Shown piece after piece: positions 36,814 to 38,991 of a stretch of DNA of 38,991 nt. The first letter of the stretch is position 1; each line of letters begins with the position of its first letter. The notes beneath the pieces are model-generated. The model was not told where the DNA came from. It searched no databases and saw nothing but the letters and a program-made list of their open reading frames with translations. This stretch comes from an uncultured Bacteroidales bacterium. Its GTDB lineage: Bacteria > Bacteroidota > Bacteroidia > Bacteroidales > UBA932. Position numbers and translations under genes: made by a program. The stretch covers positions 1 through 38,991 of the forward strand of contig CAMNAD010000001.1 in assembly GCA_946530505.1 (NCBI GenBank). The letters are read 5' to 3'.

Positions 36814-36871
36814 AACCAAAATTAGCAAAAATCTTGTATATTCGCAATGTATTTTGAAATTTAGTTAGAAG

Positions 36872-37465
36872 ATGACTTACCGTTACCGCGTCACGCTCGA
36901 AGGAATAAAAGGCTTTTTCAGGGTATATCTCGTAAATGCCTCGAACAGTCTGTATACTTTGCACAAGCAACTCCGTGCCGATCTTGAGTTCCCTCAGGAC
37001 CAGCAGATACTCTTCAAGGCCTTCGACGAGGCCGGAAACGTTGCCGGGCGCTTCGCGCTGATGCCCCTTCCAGGCAACAAGGCGGTGGACGAGGTCAGCC
37101 TAGCCGAAACGGTAAAGGCCGGCATAGTCAGGTTCCAGTACTTCTACGACGTCGTTTCCAAAAAGAGCGTAATCGTCACTTTTGAAGGCGAGGAGCCGGG
37201 GCGCGAGGTCCAGCTTCCTGAAATCATAGAATCCAAGGGCCCCCTGCCCATCGAATTCGAGCACGGCTACGTCGCCTTCGAAGACCTTCCCGACAACCGC
37301 AGGCGCCTTCCGGGCGAGAAGAAGGAAGGGAACGGCCTTCTCGCCATGCTCGGCCTAGAAGATGAGGACGACGAGGACGACGAAGACGACGAAGACGACG
37401 AGGATGATGAAGAAAAAGATGACGACCTCGAAGAAGAGGACGTCATCTATGATGAGAATGAGTAG
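36872..37465 (+). CDS. Hypothetical protein with acidic tail (possibly pRiA4b ORF-3-like)
   Basis: YRYRVTL...F.R....LYTLH..L and FQYFYD patterns resemble the Bacteroidales pRiA4b-ORF3-like proteins. The last ~35 residues are almost all Asp/Glu. Confidence 0.6.
   Translation: MTYRYRVTLEGIKGFFRVYLVNASNSLYTLHKQLRADLEFPQDQQILFKAFDEAGNVAGRFALMPLPGNKAVDEVSLAETVKAGIVRFQYFYDVVSKKSVIVTFEGEEPGREVQLPEIIESKGPLPIEFEHGYVAFEDLPDNRRRLPGEKKEGNGLLAMLGLEDEDDEDDEDDEDDEDDEEKDDDLEEEDVIYDENE
37361..37414 (+). repeat. Six imperfect 9-bp tandem units (GAYGARGAN) encoding (DED)n
   Basis: GATGAGGAC GACGAGGAC GACGAAGAC GACGAAGAC GACGAGGAT GATGAAGAA. Confidence 0.85.
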
Positions 37466-37475
37466 GGATTAATCT

Positions 37476-38282
37476 TTACTTGGCTTCTTCCTCTTTCTCT
37501 ACGAAAGGAGCAACCTTGCAAAGGTCTACCGTGAAGATGAGGGTGGCGTTGGGTTCGATGCCCTGGTTGCCGCGCTCACCGTATCCAAGCTTGGCGGGAA
37601 CATAGAGTTCGATGGTTCCGCCTTCACCTACCTGCTGTATGCCTTCGGTCCAGCCTGCAACCACGCGGTTGAGGGTGAAGCGTACGGAATCACGGTCGGG
37701 GGTAACCTCGTCGAACACGTTGCCGTCGAGGGTCTTGCCCTGATAGCGCACCCAGACGGTATCCTTGTCGGATGTAGGCTTCTTGCCACCTTCCTTGATA
37801 ATCTTGTACTGGAGGCCGCTCTCAAGTTCTACGACACCTTCCTTGGTCTTGTTCTTGGCAAGGAAAGCTTCCTCTGCTTCCTTGTTGGTAAGGAGCTTGA
37901 GGGAACGCCTGTTCTCGAGGAATTCACCGAAGAGACGGTTCATCTCGTCGGGATTGATCTTGAACTGCTCGCCGAATTCAGGGTCGCGCATGTTGCCCTT
38001 GGCCTTGATGAAGTCGTTCATACCCTTTTTGATCTGGGCGTAGTTCAGGTCGCCGAAATCGTATCCCTTGATGAAGGAACCGAAGTTGATACCTACGAGG
38101 TATGATACAGAATCGATCTGCTTCTTGCTGGGAGTGTAGTCCTTTGCGGTCTTGACCACTTCTTCCACTGTTTCGACGGCTTCTTCGCCGTCTTCTACTT
38201 CTGCTGCCTTCTCAGCCTTGGGTGAGCAGGCGGCAACTGCAAGTCCTGCTGCGAGGACTGCGAACAAAAAATTCTTTCTCAT
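37476..38282 (-). CDS. FKBP-type peptidyl-prolyl isomerase lipoprotein (FkpA/FklB-like)
   Basis: Lipobox VAAC, DSVSYLVG N-domain, SGLQYK, VVAGWTEG, LGYG, IEPNATLIF. Confidence 0.93.
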   Translation of the reverse strand: MRKNFLFAVLAAGLAVAACSPKAEKAAEVEDGEEAVETVEEVVKTAKDYTPSKKQIDSVSYLVGINFGSFIKGYDFGDLNYAQIKKGMNDFIKAKGNMRDPEFGEQFKINPDEMNRLFGEFLENRRSLKLLTNKEAEEAFLAKNKTKEGVVELESGLQYKIIKEGGKKPTSDKDTVWVRYQGKTLDGNVFDEVTPDRDSVRFTLNRVVAGWTEGIQQVGEGGTIELYVPAKLGYGERGNQGIEPNATLIFTVDLCKVAPFVEKEEEAK

Positions 38283-38309
38283 TACATTTATAAGTTTTAA
38301 AAGTTGTTT

Positions 38310-38991
38310 CTAAAGTTCCCATGCAAGGGCGGATGCGCCGAGGATGGCGGCATCGCTTTCCTTGAGTTGGGAGAAAAGGAGTTTGACCTTGCCTTTCCAC
38401 AAGGGCAGGACGTTGTCGTTCATGCTCTTGAAGGTGGGTTCATAAATAAACTCCTTTGCACGTGCCAGCCCGCCGAAGAGGACTATAGCCTCCGGGGCGG
38501 AGAACTGTATGAAGTCTGCAAGTTTCTCGCCAAGAATGCGTCCGGTATAGTTGAATACGCGAAGAGCGACGGCGTCGCCTTCCTTGGCAGCTTCGTAAAC
38601 ATCCTTGGAAGTGATGTTCTGGACTTCACGGAGCAAAGAAGGTTCCTCGCTCATGTCGAGCCACTCGCGCGCCGTGCGTGCCACTCCGATTGCGGAGCAG
38701 TACGCCTCGAGGCAGCCGTTACGGCCGCAGCCGCAGAGACGCCCGTTATGGCGTACGGCGATAGTGTGTCCCAGTTCCCCGGCAAATCCGTCGGAGCCGT
38801 AAAGCACCTCACCGTTCACCACGATACCGGATCCTACGCCGGTGCCGAGAGTAATCATTATGAAGTTCTTCATACCCTTGGCGACGCCGTAGGTCATTTC
38901 ACCCACAGCCGCCGCATTGGCGTCGTTGGTAAGCGATACGGGGATGCCTCCGCAGGCCTCGGAAAGCTTCTGCGCAAACTTGACCTCGCCG
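38310..38991 (-). CDS. ROK family sugar kinase (glucokinase-like), 5' end outside window
   Basis: The frame is open to the window edge: NDANAAAVGE, TLGTGVGSG, GELGH, CGCGRNGCLE, AAILGA. Confidence 0.93.
   Translation of the reverse strand, partial: GEVKFAQKLSEACGGIPVSLTNDANAAAVGEMTYGVAKGMKNFIMITLGTGVGSGIVVNGEVLYGSDGFAGELGHTIAVRHNGRLCGCGRNGCLEAYCSAIGVARTAREWLDMSEEPSLLREVQNITSKDVYEAAKEGDAVALRVFNYTGRILGEKLADFIQFSAPEAIVLFGGLARAKEFIYEPTFKSMNDNVLPLWKGKVKLLFSQLKESDAAILGASALAWEL

Overview
A gene-dense chromosomal window from a moderately GC-rich Bacteroidales bacterium. The taxonomy is inferred from the SusC/SusD pair, TAnnTTTG promoters and Bacteroidetes-type gene orders. The left part holds core genes: a >1100-aa NtrY-like membrane sensor kinase that the ORF track misses because it runs off the left edge, rlmH, a DUF4783-like gene, efp, the dnaX-lptB-(NtrX-like sigma54 activator)-cmk-ispH operon, a hypothetical gene and an O-methyltransferase. 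The middle (about 11.5-26.5 kb) is a complete polysaccharide utilisation locus (PUL): AraC regulator, sodium:solute symporter, GH130, SusC, SusD, a lipoprotein with a duplicated unknown domain, two GH26 paralogues, an unclassified clan GH-A hydrolase and a SASA acetylesterase. It probably targets an acetylated beta-mannan-type glycan. The right part holds core genes: metG, dnaG, recQ, DUF1015-serA-serC, yigZ, an acidic-tailed protein, an FKBP PPIase and a partial ROK kinase. The most striking signal is a set of 60-80 bp palindromic DNA elements lying in frame inside essential genes (two in metG, one in dnaG, a degenerate one in ispH, possibly one in dnaX). The metG and dnaG copies have unrelated arm sequences but the same architecture: arm-GGA...GCGGA-arm, with a 38-39 nt loop in the two clearest copies. 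This suggests a structure-conserved family of coding-sequence-invading elements, functionally reminiscent of Rickettsia palindromic elements. No rRNA, tRNA, CRISPR, integrase or transposase was seen.
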